Assembly (NCBI GenBank): GCA_030730025.1 | Contig: JANQWC010000003.1 | Coordinates: 47,551-111,550 of the forward strand | Length of the DNA stretch: 64,000 nt | Reading direction: 5' to 3' | From: Crocinitomicaceae bacterium | GTDB lineage: Bacteria > Bacteroidota > Bacteroidia > Flavobacteriales_D > Crocinitomicaceae | Shown: positions 18,750 through 27,885 of the stretch, piece by piece | How the letters are laid out: each line of letters starts with the position of its first letter | Position numbering within the stretch: the first letter of the stretch is position 1 | Position numbers and translations under genes: made by a program | The notes under the pieces: model-generated | Databases searched by the model: none | What the model was told of the DNA's origin: nothing | What the model saw: the letters and a program-made list of their open reading frames with translations, nothing else

Positions 18750-21700
18750 ATGGAACTCGCTACTTTCATCAAAATGCTTGCCAAACACCCTGCGCTAGAC
18801 CGCAGCGCAGCGGCTTTGCAAAATGCTCAGTCAAGAATACATTGGAAAGGAATGGTGGGTTCGGCAAAATCCTTGCTTTCTTTAATGGTTGCCCAACAAG
18901 TGCCGGGCACGCATTTGTTCATCCTTTCCGACAAAGAAGAAGCAGCTTATTTTTTAAACGACTTTGAAGGCTTGTTCCCCGAAGACAAGCGCATTTTATT
19001 TTATCCAGCGTCTTATCGGGTGCCTTATCAGCAAGAGCAAACCGACAACGCCAATGTTGTAGCCCGAGCCGAGGTGCTCGAAAAACTCAGCGACAAACAA
19101 AACACATGGGTGGTAACGTATCCAGAGGCGCTTTTTGAAAAAATACCGACCAAGAAAAATTTGGTCAAGCACACCATGCGCCTCGAGGTGGCGAAAACTT
19201 ACAGCACTGATTTTCTCAATGAATTGCTTTTGGAATATCAGTTTGAGCGCGTTGATTTTGTTTATGAACCCGGTCAGTTTTCGATCAGAGGCGGTATTTT
19301 AGATGTGTTCTCTTATGCCAACGAGCACCCTTTTCGGATTGAATTTTTTGGCGATGAGGTAGAGAGCATCCGCACTTTTGACGCCGCAAGCCAGTTATCC
19401 ATTGCGAGTCATCAATTTTTCAATGTTGTTCCAAATATTCAGTCCGGAGAGAGTCTAGAAATCCAAGAAACATTGTTGGGTTTTGTAGGCCCTCAGACCA
19501 TTTGCTGGATGGCCGATGTGCAGAGAACCTTAGATCTATTGAAGCGCGAATACGAGCGCGCAGTAGAAATCCATAGCAAACACGACGGCCCTGTCCAATA
19601 TGCCTTGCCCCAAGAAAAATTTGTGTCGCATTTAGCTTTTGAAACACAACTTGCCGAGCATCGCGTGATCGAATTTGGCCCAGTTTACCATTTCAAGGCC
19701 ACCCATACAGAAACCTTTGATTGCATCCCTCAACCGAGTTTCAACAAAGACTTTCAAAGGCTCAATACCGATTTAAAAGCGCGCAAGGCCGAAGGTTTTC
19801 AGAACCTTATTTTTTCAAATCAGCCTCGCCAAATAGAACGCCTTTACCAGATTTTTAGCGACATCGGTGAAGAAGGCGAATTCAGTGCACTGCCGCTTGC
19901 GCTGCACGAAGGCTTTATTTTCCCTTCACTCAAACTGGTGTGCTACACCGATCACCAACTTTTTGAGCGCTACCATCGTTTCAGACTCAAAGAAGGCTTC
20001 AGGCAAGCCAAACAGGCACTTACGCTCAAAGAAATTTACCAGCTCCAAAAAGGAGATTACGTCACCCACATCGACCACGGCGTGGGGCAATTTTCTGGTC
20101 TTGAAACCATAGACGTCAATGGCAAACCCCAAGAAGCGATTCGCTTGGTTTATAAAGACGGCGATGTGCTGTATGTCGGCATTCACTCTTTGCACCGCAT
20201 CTCAAAATTTACAGGCAAAGAAGGCAGCGCCCCAACGCTCAACAAACTCGGCACGCAAGCCTGGTCTAATCTCAAGAACAAGACCAAAAAGAAGATCAAA
20301 GAACTCGCCTTTGACCTCATTAAACTCTATGCGCAGCGCCGCAGCAAACCAGGTTTTTCATTTGCGCCAGATAGCTACTTGCAAAACGAACTAGAGGCCT
20401 CGTTTATGTTCGAAGACACCCCCGATCAGTACAAAGCCACCCAAGATATCAAACGCGATATGGAAGCACCACGCCCCATGGATCGCTTGGTATGTGGAGA
20501 CGTTGGCTTCGGAAAAACAGAAGTGGCAATTCGCGCAGCTTTCAAGGCCGTCACCGACTCCAAACAAGTAGCGGTGTTGGTCCCGACGACCATCTTGTCT
20601 TTGCAGCATTTCCGAAGTTTTAAAAATAGACTTTCGAGCTTTCCGGTAACCGTAGACTACATCAATCGCTTCAAGTCGGCCAAAGAAATTACCGAAACAC
20701 TCAAGAAATTAGCGGCGGGCCAAATCGATATTTTGATTGGCACCCATGCACTGGTTGCCGAGCGCGTGAAGTTCAAGGATCTCGGCCTCATGATCATTGA
20801 CGAAGAACAAAAATTTGGTGTGGCGGTCAAAGACAAGCTCAAAACCTTGCGCACCACCGTAGACACCCTCACCCTCACGGCCACGCCCATACCGCGCACC
20901 CTGCAATTTTCTTTGATGGGCGCCCGAGACCTGAGTATCATCAATACACCACCGCCCAACCGCCAGCCGGTTTTAACCGATATCATTTCCTTTAACGAAG
21001 AACAAATCCGCGATGCCATTGCCTATGAAGTAGGGCGCGGCGGCCAAGTGTTTTTTGTCAATAACCGCTTGTCTAACATCAAAGAACTCTCCGGCATGAT
21101 CCAGCGCTTGTGTCCGGGTGTTCGGGTGGGCATCGGCCATGGCCAAATGGATGGCAAGCAACTCGAAAAAATCATGATGGATTTCATTGAAGGCGCTTAC
21201 GACGTGCTTTTGGCAACAACCATCATCGAGTCCGGTATCGACATCTCTAATGCCAATACCATCATCATCAACGATGCGCACCAATTTGGCTTAAGCGATC
21301 TGCACCAATTGCGGGGCAGGGTAGGGCGCAGCAACAAAAAAGGTTTCTGTTACCTCATTGCGCCCAAATTCAGCATCATGACCTCCGAGGCCCGCAAGCG
21401 CTTAGAGGCCCTTGTGCAGTTTTCAGATTTGGGTTCAGGCTTCAATATTGCCATGAAAGACCTCGACATCCGCGGGGCTGGCAATATGCTCGGCGGCGAA
21501 CAAAGCGGCTTTATTGCAGAAATTGGTTTTGAGATGTATCAGAAAATCCTCAACGAGGCCATGCAAGAGCTCCGCGAAAGCGAGTACAAAGAACTTTTCG
21601 AGGAAAGAACTACCGATCAGTTCAACGGATTTGTCCAGGATTGCGTTTTTGAAACCGACATGGAGGTCCGGATTCCAGACCAATATGTCAACCAAGTTGC

Positions 21701-22094
21701 GGAGCGTTTGAGTTTGTATCAAGCCATGGACAACCTCAAGAACAAAGAAGAACTCGCTGCTTTTAGTGCCCAACTCCAAGACCGTTTCGGCCCACTACCC
21801 AAAGAAGTCAAGGAACTTTTGTTTTCATTTGAACTCCGTTGGTTGGCCGAATCTATGGGGCTCGAGCGCTTGGTGCTCAAGTCCGAAAAATTAGTAGGGC
21901 ATTTTATTTCCAATCCGCAGTCACCGTTTTATGAAACCGAGCAGTTTCAAGGCATTCTCAACCGCATCTTGGCCCAACCAACCGGCTACCGTCTGGCTCA
22001 AAAAGACGATAAGCTCAGAATGGTCATAGAGCCAATTCGTCATATCAAAGACGCTTTTCAGAAATTACAGGCGCTTCAAGACCCCACAAATTGA
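18750..22094 (+). CDS. mfd: transcription-repair coupling factor
   Basis: The protein is about 1114 aa. It has a CarD/TRCF domain (QKGDYVTHIDHGVGQF), helicase motifs (GDVGFGKTEVA, IIDEEQKFGV, LTATPIPRT, QLRGRVGR) and a TRG region. Confidence 0.95.
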   Translation: MELATFIKMLAKHPALDRSAAALQNAQSRIHWKGMVGSAKSLLSLMVAQQVPGTHLFILSDKEEAAYFLNDFEGLFPEDKRILFYPASYRVPYQQEQTDNANVVARAEVLEKLSDKQNTWVVTYPEALFEKIPTKKNLVKHTMRLEVAKTYSTDFLNELLLEYQFERVDFVYEPGQFSIRGGILDVFSYANEHPFRIEFFGDEVESIRTFDAASQLSIASHQFFNVVPNIQSGESLEIQETLLGFVGPQTICWMADVQRTLDLLKREYERAVEIHSKHDGPVQYALPQEKFVSHLAFETQLAEHRVIEFGPVYHFKATHTETFDCIPQPSFNKDFQRLNTDLKARKAEGFQNLIFSNQPRQIERLYQIFSDIGEEGEFSALPLALHEGFIFPSLKLVCYTDHQLFERYHRFRLKEGFRQAKQALTLKEIYQLQKGDYVTHIDHGVGQFSGLETIDVNGKPQEAIRLVYKDGDVLYVGIHSLHRISKFTGKEGSAPTLNKLGTQAWSNLKNKTKKKIKELAFDLIKLYAQRRSKPGFSFAPDSYLQNELEASFMFEDTPDQYKATQDIKRDMEAPRPMDRLVCGDVGFGKTEVAIRAAFKAVTDSKQVAVLVPTTILSLQHFRSFKNRLSSFPVTVDYINRFKSAKEITETLKKLAAGQIDILIGTHALVAERVKFKDLGLMIIDEEQKFGVAVKDKLKTLRTTVDTLTLTATPIPRTLQFSLMGARDLSIINTPPPNRQPVLTDIISFNEEQIRDAIAYEVGRGGQVFFVNNRLSNIKELSGMIQRLCPGVRVGIGHGQMDGKQLEKIMMDFIEGAYDVLLATTIIESGIDISNANTIIINDAHQFGLSDLHQLRGRVGRSNKKGFCYLIAPKFSIMTSEARKRLEALVQFSDLGSGFNIAMKDLDIRGAGNMLGGEQSGFIAEIGFEMYQKILNEAMQELRESEYKELFEERTTDQFNGFVQDCVFETDMEVRIPDQYVNQVAERLSLYQAMDNLKNKEELAAFSAQLQDRFGPLPKEVKELLFSFELRWLAESMGLERLVLKSEKLVGHFISNPQSPFYETEQFQGILNRILAQPTGYRLAQKDDKLRMVIEPIRHIKDAFQKLQALQDPTN

Positions 22095-22184
22095 TTCCTT
22101 GACCTACGTCAAGAGAAATTAATCGGCTTTGTTGCAACTTTGTGCTCAATCGGTTGTTTAATCAGTAATCTTAAAATTTAAAAC

Positions 22185-22757
22185 ATGAAAAATTTATTAG
22201 TTGGTTTAGTTGGCGCGTTCGCCTTGTTTTCTTTTGTTGTTTCTCAAGCAGGTGTTTGGTCTGTCGATGGCGCACACTCTCGTTTGGGTTTCACGATCCT
22301 TCACAACGGCATCACAAACGTTCACGGTAACTTCGGGAAATTCACAATGGAAGTCACTACACCAAATGCAGATTTCACAGGCGCTACTATCATTTTGAAC
22401 GCAGATGCAGCTTCTGTCAATACAGGCATCGAAGCCCGCGACAACCACTTGCGCACTGCAGATTGCTTTGACGCTGAAAAACACCCTTCAATTAGCTTCA
22501 AAAGTACTTCTGTAACTGCTGCTAAAGCAAAAGGAACATACATCATTGAAGGTGAGTTGACCATGCACGGTACCACTAAAAAAGTTGTATTCAACGGTGT
22601 ACACACTGGCAATGGCAAGAACTACAAAGGAACTGAAGTTGCAGGTTTGCAAATCACAGGTGCTGTAAAACGCTCTGAGTTCGGCATGGGTGAAGTAAGC
22701 CCAGGTTTGGCAGACGAAGTTAAACTTCAAGCAGATTTAGAAATCGCTAAAAACTAA
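22185..22757 (+). CDS. YceI-family periplasmic polyisoprenoid-binding protein
   Basis: The signal peptide is ...FVVS|Q. WSVDGAHSRLGFTILHNGITNVHGNFGKF and RDNHLRTADCFDAEKHP are YceI motifs. Confidence 0.85.
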   Translation: MKNLLVGLVGAFALFSFVVSQAGVWSVDGAHSRLGFTILHNGITNVHGNFGKFTMEVTTPNADFTGATIILNADAASVNTGIEARDNHLRTADCFDAEKHPSISFKSTSVTAAKAKGTYIIEGELTMHGTTKKVVFNGVHTGNGKNYKGTEVAGLQITGAVKRSEFGMGEVSPGLADEVKLQADLEIAKN

Positions 22758-22762
22758 TTTTG

Positions 22763-23284
22763 ATGAGAGGCTACTCTTTGATTTTCCTGTTTTTTGCTGC
22801 TTTTACAAGCCTTGCTCAGCAGTATAAACTGTCTGAAGGCCATAAAATCGCATTCACAAATCCAGATGTGAGCGGTACGTTCGATGAGCTCAGCGCTGTT
22901 ACACTCGTTTTTGACGAAACCAAACTGTCAAGTTCAAAACTCAGTTTCAAACTAGAAGTTGCTTCAATCAATACGGGCAACGGCCTCATGAACAAGCATG
23001 CCAAAGGCGAAGAATGGTTCAACGCAGACAAATACCCTTTTATCGAATTTACTTCGTCTAAAATTGAAAAGACAAGTGAAGGATATAAAGCCACGGGTAA
23101 ATTGCAAATGCATGGTGTCAGCAAAGAAGTTAGTATTCCATTTACTTTTTCCAAGAAAGGAAATAAAGGCACTTTTATTGCTAAATTTAGCGTAGACAGA
23201 ACTGATTACCAGATCGGAAAAAAGAACGCTGGCGTAGCCGAAACCATCAAGATTACCGCTACCATACCAGTCATTAAAAAATAG
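22763..23284 (+). CDS. YceI-family protein (second, diverged copy)
   Basis: The signal peptide is ...FTSLA|Q. VSGTFDE, VASINTGNGLMNKHAKGEEWFNADKYP and GKLQMHGVSKEV are YceI-like. Confidence 0.8.
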   Translation: MRGYSLIFLFFAAFTSLAQQYKLSEGHKIAFTNPDVSGTFDELSAVTLVFDETKLSSSKLSFKLEVASINTGNGLMNKHAKGEEWFNADKYPFIEFTSSKIEKTSEGYKATGKLQMHGVSKEVSIPFTFSKKGNKGTFIAKFSVDRTDYQIGKKNAGVAETIKITATIPVIKK

Positions 23285-23288
23285 CATT

Positions 23289-23681
23289 ATGATAAAGAAA
23301 GTAGTTTGGGCCCTCGCATCGGGTATTTTAGCAGGAGGAGTTTCCTATTCTTATGGAGAAACATTTGAAACGCAACTCATGGAAGACTACTCTAACGTAG
23401 TTCCAACTGCTGCTATTTTTATTTCGTGTCTGATTGCAACAAGCCTAGCGACGCTTGGTCATTGGTTGCTCACCAAAATAATTCCATTTTTTGGAGAGTT
23501 TATTTTTGCGCTCCTCTTTGCAGCGCTCAGCACAGCCAGTTTGGTAGGTGTGCTCGGCTATACATTTACCGATGATTCCAATGAATTACATCAATTCATT
23601 TTCTACGGATATGCCATGCCGATGCACTTTTTCCCGTTCTTGGCTTGGTATGTTTTCAAACCTTTATTTGACAAGAAATAA
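23289..23681 (+). CDS. small integral membrane protein (about 4 TM), function unknown
   Basis: It has four hydrophobic segments. It starts 4 nt after the second yceI-like gene and is followed by a strong terminator. Confidence 0.55.
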   Translation: MIKKVVWALASGILAGGVSYSYGETFETQLMEDYSNVVPTAAIFISCLIATSLATLGHWLLTKIIPFFGEFIFALLFAALSTASLVGVLGYTFTDDSNELHQFIFYGYAMPMHFFPFLAWYVFKPLFDKK

Positions 23682-23705
23682 GCTGCTTTTTTGGCACAAT
23701 ACTTG

Positions 23706-23733
23706 AAAGGATGCTTCGGCATCCTTTTTTTTT
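23706..23733 (+). terminator. rho-independent terminator
   Basis: The stem AAAGGATGC / GCATCCTTT has a TTCG loop and is followed by a run of T. Confidence 0.75.
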
Positions 23734-23786
23734 GAAAAAATGGCCAAAAAGCACAACGAAATCTTTTGAAATCCGTTATAGGTTTG

Positions 23787-26168
23787 ATGTCTTTACGCGT
23801 GGGTATATTTTTAGGATGGCTGTTTGGGAATTTTTTTCCAACAGTCCTTCATGCCCAGCTGATCACCAACAACGCCCTCAATCCGCAGGGCTTGGTTCAA
23901 AATGTACTACTTGGCAATGGTGTCACGGTATCTAACGTCACTTACAACGGAAGCCCAATGGCAATTGCCCAATTTACGGCAGCCAACACCACCCTCGGTA
24001 TCAACAGCGGAATCGTCCTCACAACTGGCACCACTTTACCTAACGGCGACGGCCCGCATGGCCCCAACGATACCCCGGGTGCAGGTGTAGACAACAACAT
24101 GGGTGGCTTTACACTACTTTCCCAGCTTATACAGGGTACCCAAACCTATAATGCAGCCATTTTAGAGTTCGATTTTATCCCTTATGCCGACACCGTTCGT
24201 TTCAAATACGTTTTTGGCTCCGACGAATACCCAGAGTTTGCCCCCCCTAACAACACGACCTACAACGATGTTTTTGGTTTCTTTATTTCAGGCCCTGGCA
24301 TCACTGGTTTTGAAAACATCGCCAAGCTTCCTAACGGAGCGGTGGTTTCCATCAATAACGTCAATGGCATTACCAATCCTTTTTATTTTGTCAACAACGG
24401 CGATGGCAACTCGCCACCCTATAACCAGAGTGCGCAATACATTCAATACGATGGTTTTACCAAAGTACTCGAGGCGATTTCTAAAGTACAGTGTGGCCAA
24501 ACCTATCACCTGATCCTCGCCATTGCCGACGTAGGCGACGGCCAATGGGACTCCGGTATTTTTTTAGAAGCCAACAGCCTCTCTACCGTAACCCCAATAG
24601 AAATTGACCACACCCTTTCTCAGCAAGTTTTTGCCAACCCCGACTGGATGGCAGAGGGCTGCGTGAGTGCCAATGTCACGCTAACGCGTCAGGCCAATCT
24701 CACACAAACCCTCACGATTCCTGTGCAGCTCAGCGGCACCGCCACCAACGGCCAAGACTACAATGGTATCCCGACAAGCATTACTTTTCAACCGGGCCAA
24801 ACAACCGTGAGTTTTACCATTAATTCACTAACAGACGCCCTCGTTGAGGGCTTAGAAACGCTCACCCTCACTTTTCCGATCACTGACCCTTGCGGAAACG
24901 TCACGCCGCTCGTGCTCGATCTCTGGATCCAAGACAACCAACCCATGCAGGTGGAGCTCACCACCACCACTATAAGTTGCCCCGGAGACCCGGTTACCAT
25001 TAATGCGCAAATAAGTGGCGGCGTTCAACCTTATACCTTCCAGTGGAGCACAGGTGAAACCACCTCCAGCATTGCTTTGACACCGATCACTACCCAAAGC
25101 ATCTGGCTTGCCGTCACCGATGCCTGTACAGGAGTGCCGGCCTACGACACCATTGTTGTGAGTGTGCCAACATTTAGCCCACTTGTGCTTGTCACGAGCC
25201 CAGACATCACAGAAATTTGTCCGTATATCCCAGCCACTATTGGCGTACAAGCCAGCGGCGGATCGGGCCAATATACCTACCTCTGGACCACAAACAACGT
25301 GGTGAGTGGTACAAGCGATTCGCTATTAGTGAATCCGGGGAGCACGAGTACGTATGTCATTACACTTAGCGATAACTGCGGCAATTCCATTCAAGACTCC
25401 ATCACGTATACTATCTTGAGCCCACCGCTTGTTTTGCAAATGAATGGCCCTTTTGAAATTTGCCCCGGCGATACCGTAAATTTATTGGTTACAGCTAGCG
25501 GTGGATACGGGACTTACTACTATAATTGGTCTACTACAGCTACAACACCGCAAATCTCGGTTGCGCCACAAGTCTCTACTTCTTATTTTGTGCAGGTCAG
25601 CGATGAGTGCCAAACGTTCAGTACCGCTGCTGTGGCTACTGTACAGGTGGTGAAACCACTGGCCAATTTTTATATCCTTACCCAAGCCCCAATGCAAGGC
25701 TTGCCCGTTCAGCTAGAAAACGCTTCCATGAATGCGTGGTCTTATACGTGGTCATTTGGCGACGGAAACGGTTCTTTTTTGGTCAACCCGACCCATACAT
25801 ACACCCAACCTGGCCCTTATGAAATCACACTCATTGCCACTGATCAGAAGGGTTGCGTCGATAGTATTTCTAAATGGATTGAGATTGCTCCAGAGCGCTA
25901 TATTTATTTGCCGAATTCTTTCACACCAGATGGCGATGGACTCAATGAATTTTTTTATGGCCGCTTTATCGGACTCATGAGTGCGCGTTTTTACATCTTC
26001 AATCGTTGGGGAGAAGAAGTCTTCTTTTCTGATCAGCTCAATTTTGTTTGGGATGCCAGCTATGAAGGGGTTCCTGTACAAGATGGTACCTATACTTGGT
26101 ATTTGATCTATGAAATTGAAAAAGGCATTTACGAGGACCTACACGGACACGTTAATGTGATCCGTTAA
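23787..26168 (+). CDS. T9SS cargo: choice-of-anchor-L-like N-domain + Calx-beta + three SprB-type repeats + PKD domain + type-B C-terminal sorting domain
   Basis: The signal peptide is ...TVLHA|Q. LVQNVLLGNGVTVSNVTYNG...GINSGIVLTTGT is choice-of-anchor-L-like, and LSGTATNGQDYNGIPTSITFQPGQTTVSF is Calx-beta-like. Three repeats carry C-P-x...SGG..(P/Q/T)Y.Y.W. The PKD-like region is WSFGDGNGS...HTYTQPGPYEITL. The CTD is YLPNSFTPDGDGLNEFF...IFNRWGEEVF...WDA...GTYTWY...GHVNVIR. The start (ATG 23787 vs TTG 23766) is uncertain. Confidence 0.85.
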   Translation: MSLRVGIFLGWLFGNFFPTVLHAQLITNNALNPQGLVQNVLLGNGVTVSNVTYNGSPMAIAQFTAANTTLGINSGIVLTTGTTLPNGDGPHGPNDTPGAGVDNNMGGFTLLSQLIQGTQTYNAAILEFDFIPYADTVRFKYVFGSDEYPEFAPPNNTTYNDVFGFFISGPGITGFENIAKLPNGAVVSINNVNGITNPFYFVNNGDGNSPPYNQSAQYIQYDGFTKVLEAISKVQCGQTYHLILAIADVGDGQWDSGIFLEANSLSTVTPIEIDHTLSQQVFANPDWMAEGCVSANVTLTRQANLTQTLTIPVQLSGTATNGQDYNGIPTSITFQPGQTTVSFTINSLTDALVEGLETLTLTFPITDPCGNVTPLVLDLWIQDNQPMQVELTTTTISCPGDPVTINAQISGGVQPYTFQWSTGETTSSIALTPITTQSIWLAVTDACTGVPAYDTIVVSVPTFSPLVLVTSPDITEICPYIPATIGVQASGGSGQYTYLWTTNNVVSGTSDSLLVNPGSTSTYVITLSDNCGNSIQDSITYTILSPPLVLQMNGPFEICPGDTVNLLVTASGGYGTYYYNWSTTATTPQISVAPQVSTSYFVQVSDECQTFSTAAVATVQVVKPLANFYILTQAPMQGLPVQLENASMNAWSYTWSFGDGNGSFLVNPTHTYTQPGPYEITLIATDQKGCVDSISKWIEIAPERYIYLPNSFTPDGDGLNEFFYGRFIGLMSARFYIFNRWGEEVFFSDQLNFVWDASYEGVPVQDGTYTWYLIYEIEKGIYEDLHGHVNVIR

Positions 26169-26198
26169 TCAGTTACAAGCCCGCAATTACAAGTGTAT

Positions 26199-27167
26199 TT
26201 ACTCGTTTGAAATGATCTCAAAAAGTTCGTTGAGGTTCGGAGAAATGATGATTTCGATGCGGCGATTCTTGGTTTTGTCTGCTGGATCTACCGGATGATA
26301 CTCACTGCGGCCCGCAGCCATCATTTGGGTAGGCGCCATATTGGAGTTTGCCAACATCAATTCTACGACGGCAGTAGCACGCAATACAGAAAGCTCCCAA
26401 TTGTTTTTAGGTGAAACACTGCTATTGAGTTTGTCGGTATCGGTGTGGCCTTCTACTACAATTTCGAGGTCGCGTTCGGTTTCAAGTACGTGTGCGAGTT
26501 GAACCAATGCTTCCTTGCCCTCATCTTCTACTTTTGTTGAGCCAGAATTGAAGAGGAGTTTCGCTTCTAAACTCACGTAAATTTTACCGTTCTTTTGCAC
26601 AACAGTGAGGCCTTGGTTTTCAAAGTTGCGGAGTGCGTTGGCAACACGCGCCTTGAGTAATTGGATTTTTGCATCTTTTTTTCGGATGGCTTCCTCGAGT
26701 TCATTGACGCGTTTTTCGCGTTCAACTAGCAAGGCTTGTTTGGCTTTGAGTTCTTCGTCTAATTTCAATAAAGCATCTTCTTTGCGCTGCAGTTCTTTGG
26801 TTTTTTGTTCGAGTTCGGTCTGAAGGGTAGCGGTTTCTTTGGCGCTGAGGTTTTTGAGCTTGTCAAAAGAACTTTCTAAGGTTTGGTATTGTGTCTCGAG
26901 CGTTTCTGTTTCGCGCTGTAAAAGGCGCATTTGATTGCCTAAATTATTGGTGTCTCCACGCAAGCGGCTCACTTCTTTGGCTGCTATATCATATTTAGTT
27001 TGCAGGTCTTTGGAGAGTACTTCGTAGTCGCTGCTGCTCTTTTTGTATTTGGCGAGTTCTTCACTACACGATTTTTCGCGTTCGAGTAGTTCGTTGTATT
27101 TTTTGGAAGGCACACAGGCCGTGAACAATAAAGAGGCGATGAAGGAAAGGAAAAAGAAATTTTTCAT
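26199..27167 (-). CDS. OmpA/MotB-family lipoprotein with a long coiled-coil N-terminal region
   Basis: The lipobox is LLFTA|C. About 170 aa of heptad-like charged sequence follow. The OmpA-like C-terminus is IVVEGHTDTD...NWELSVLRATAVV...GRSEYHPV...NRRIEIII. Confidence 0.85.
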   Translation of the reverse strand: MKNFFFLSFIASLLFTACVPSKKYNELLEREKSCSEELAKYKKSSSDYEVLSKDLQTKYDIAAKEVSRLRGDTNNLGNQMRLLQRETETLETQYQTLESSFDKLKNLSAKETATLQTELEQKTKELQRKEDALLKLDEELKAKQALLVEREKRVNELEEAIRKKDAKIQLLKARVANALRNFENQGLTVVQKNGKIYVSLEAKLLFNSGSTKVEDEGKEALVQLAHVLETERDLEIVVEGHTDTDKLNSSVSPKNNWELSVLRATAVVELMLANSNMAPTQMMAAGRSEYHPVDPADKTKNRRIEIIISPNLNELFEIISNE

Positions 27168-27299
27168 GGATGCAGCTTTTTTTACAAAGTTGATTTTTTA
27201 TCGGCTATTGAAATTGGATATTTTCTGTTTTTATAAACACTAAATATTGTATAAAGTAACACATTAGGGCATTTTGATGCGCAGCGAGGGCGAATTCCT

Positions 27300-27307
27300 T
27301 ACCTTTG
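27300..27307 (+). promoter_or_regulatory. candidate Bacteroidota -7 promoter box (TACCTTTG), 4 nt from the start codon
   Basis: Exact TAnnTTTG match. The context is TACCTTTGCATCATG, with the ATG at 27312. Confidence 0.4.
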
Positions 27308-27311
27308 CATC

Positions 27312-27881
27312 ATGAGTATTGTCAGGAAAAATCAAAAGAAGTTGCAAGAAGCAGTCGCTTTTCTACAAAAAAAAGACCAGCCCTCCGTTAGCGCAGCTGT
27401 CAACATTTTAAAAGATCACGGTCATCCGACGGTGCTTTCGGAAGTATTCAAAAGTCTCGAAGGCCTAGAGCGTGCCGAACAACAACTCATTTTAGGTTTT
27501 TTAGCCGATATTCAAGATACCGATGCTGTAGAAGCGTTCATCAATTATCTGCAAGAAGAAGCCAACCCTGCCAACCGCAAGCTCGTTTTGTCTGCAATTT
27601 GGAATTCAAAACTGCCTTTTGATGAGCATTTGCCATTTTTTGTCATGCTCGCCTCACAAGGAGATTTTCTTGAGGCTTTAGATTGCCTCACGATCATTGA
27701 AAATATGTCAGGCCCTTTCGATGAATCTCAACTGCTAGAATCACAGCTTTTGCTCAAAGAATACGTGGAAGAGCGCGCGCCACAAACCGATCAAAAAGCG
27801 CAAATCATGAGCGAAATTGCGTGGTTTGTGAAAGAACAAAACGATGGCATAGACGCCGACTTACTCATAGACAACGACTAA
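27312..27881 (+). CDS. hypothetical cytoplasmic protein (helical, HEAT-like), first gene of the yicC-gmk-nadD array
   Basis: The ORF has consistent coding character and no recognisable motifs. The acidic C-terminus is DGIDADLLIDND. Confidence 0.55.
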   Translation: MSIVRKNQKKLQEAVAFLQKKDQPSVSAAVNILKDHGHPTVLSEVFKSLEGLERAEQQLILGFLADIQDTDAVEAFINYLQEEANPANRKLVLSAIWNSKLPFDEHLPFFVMLASQGDFLEALDCLTIIENMSGPFDESQLLESQLLLKEYVEERAPQTDQKAQIMSEIAWFVKEQNDGIDADLLIDND

Positions 27882-27885
27882 CCTT

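Noticed and set aside
18686-18967. A 93-codon ORF and the TTG at 18738 at the 5' end of mfd.
   Set aside because: The 93-codon ORF overlaps mfd out of frame and has a basic, low-complexity translation. The TTG at 18738 lies inside the predicted -7 promoter box, so the ATG at 18750 is the more plausible mfd start.
22099-22112. The inverted repeat TTGAC-CTAC-GTCAA just downstream of mfd.
   Set aside because: It has only a 5-bp stem and no following T-run. It is too weak to call as a terminator or operator.
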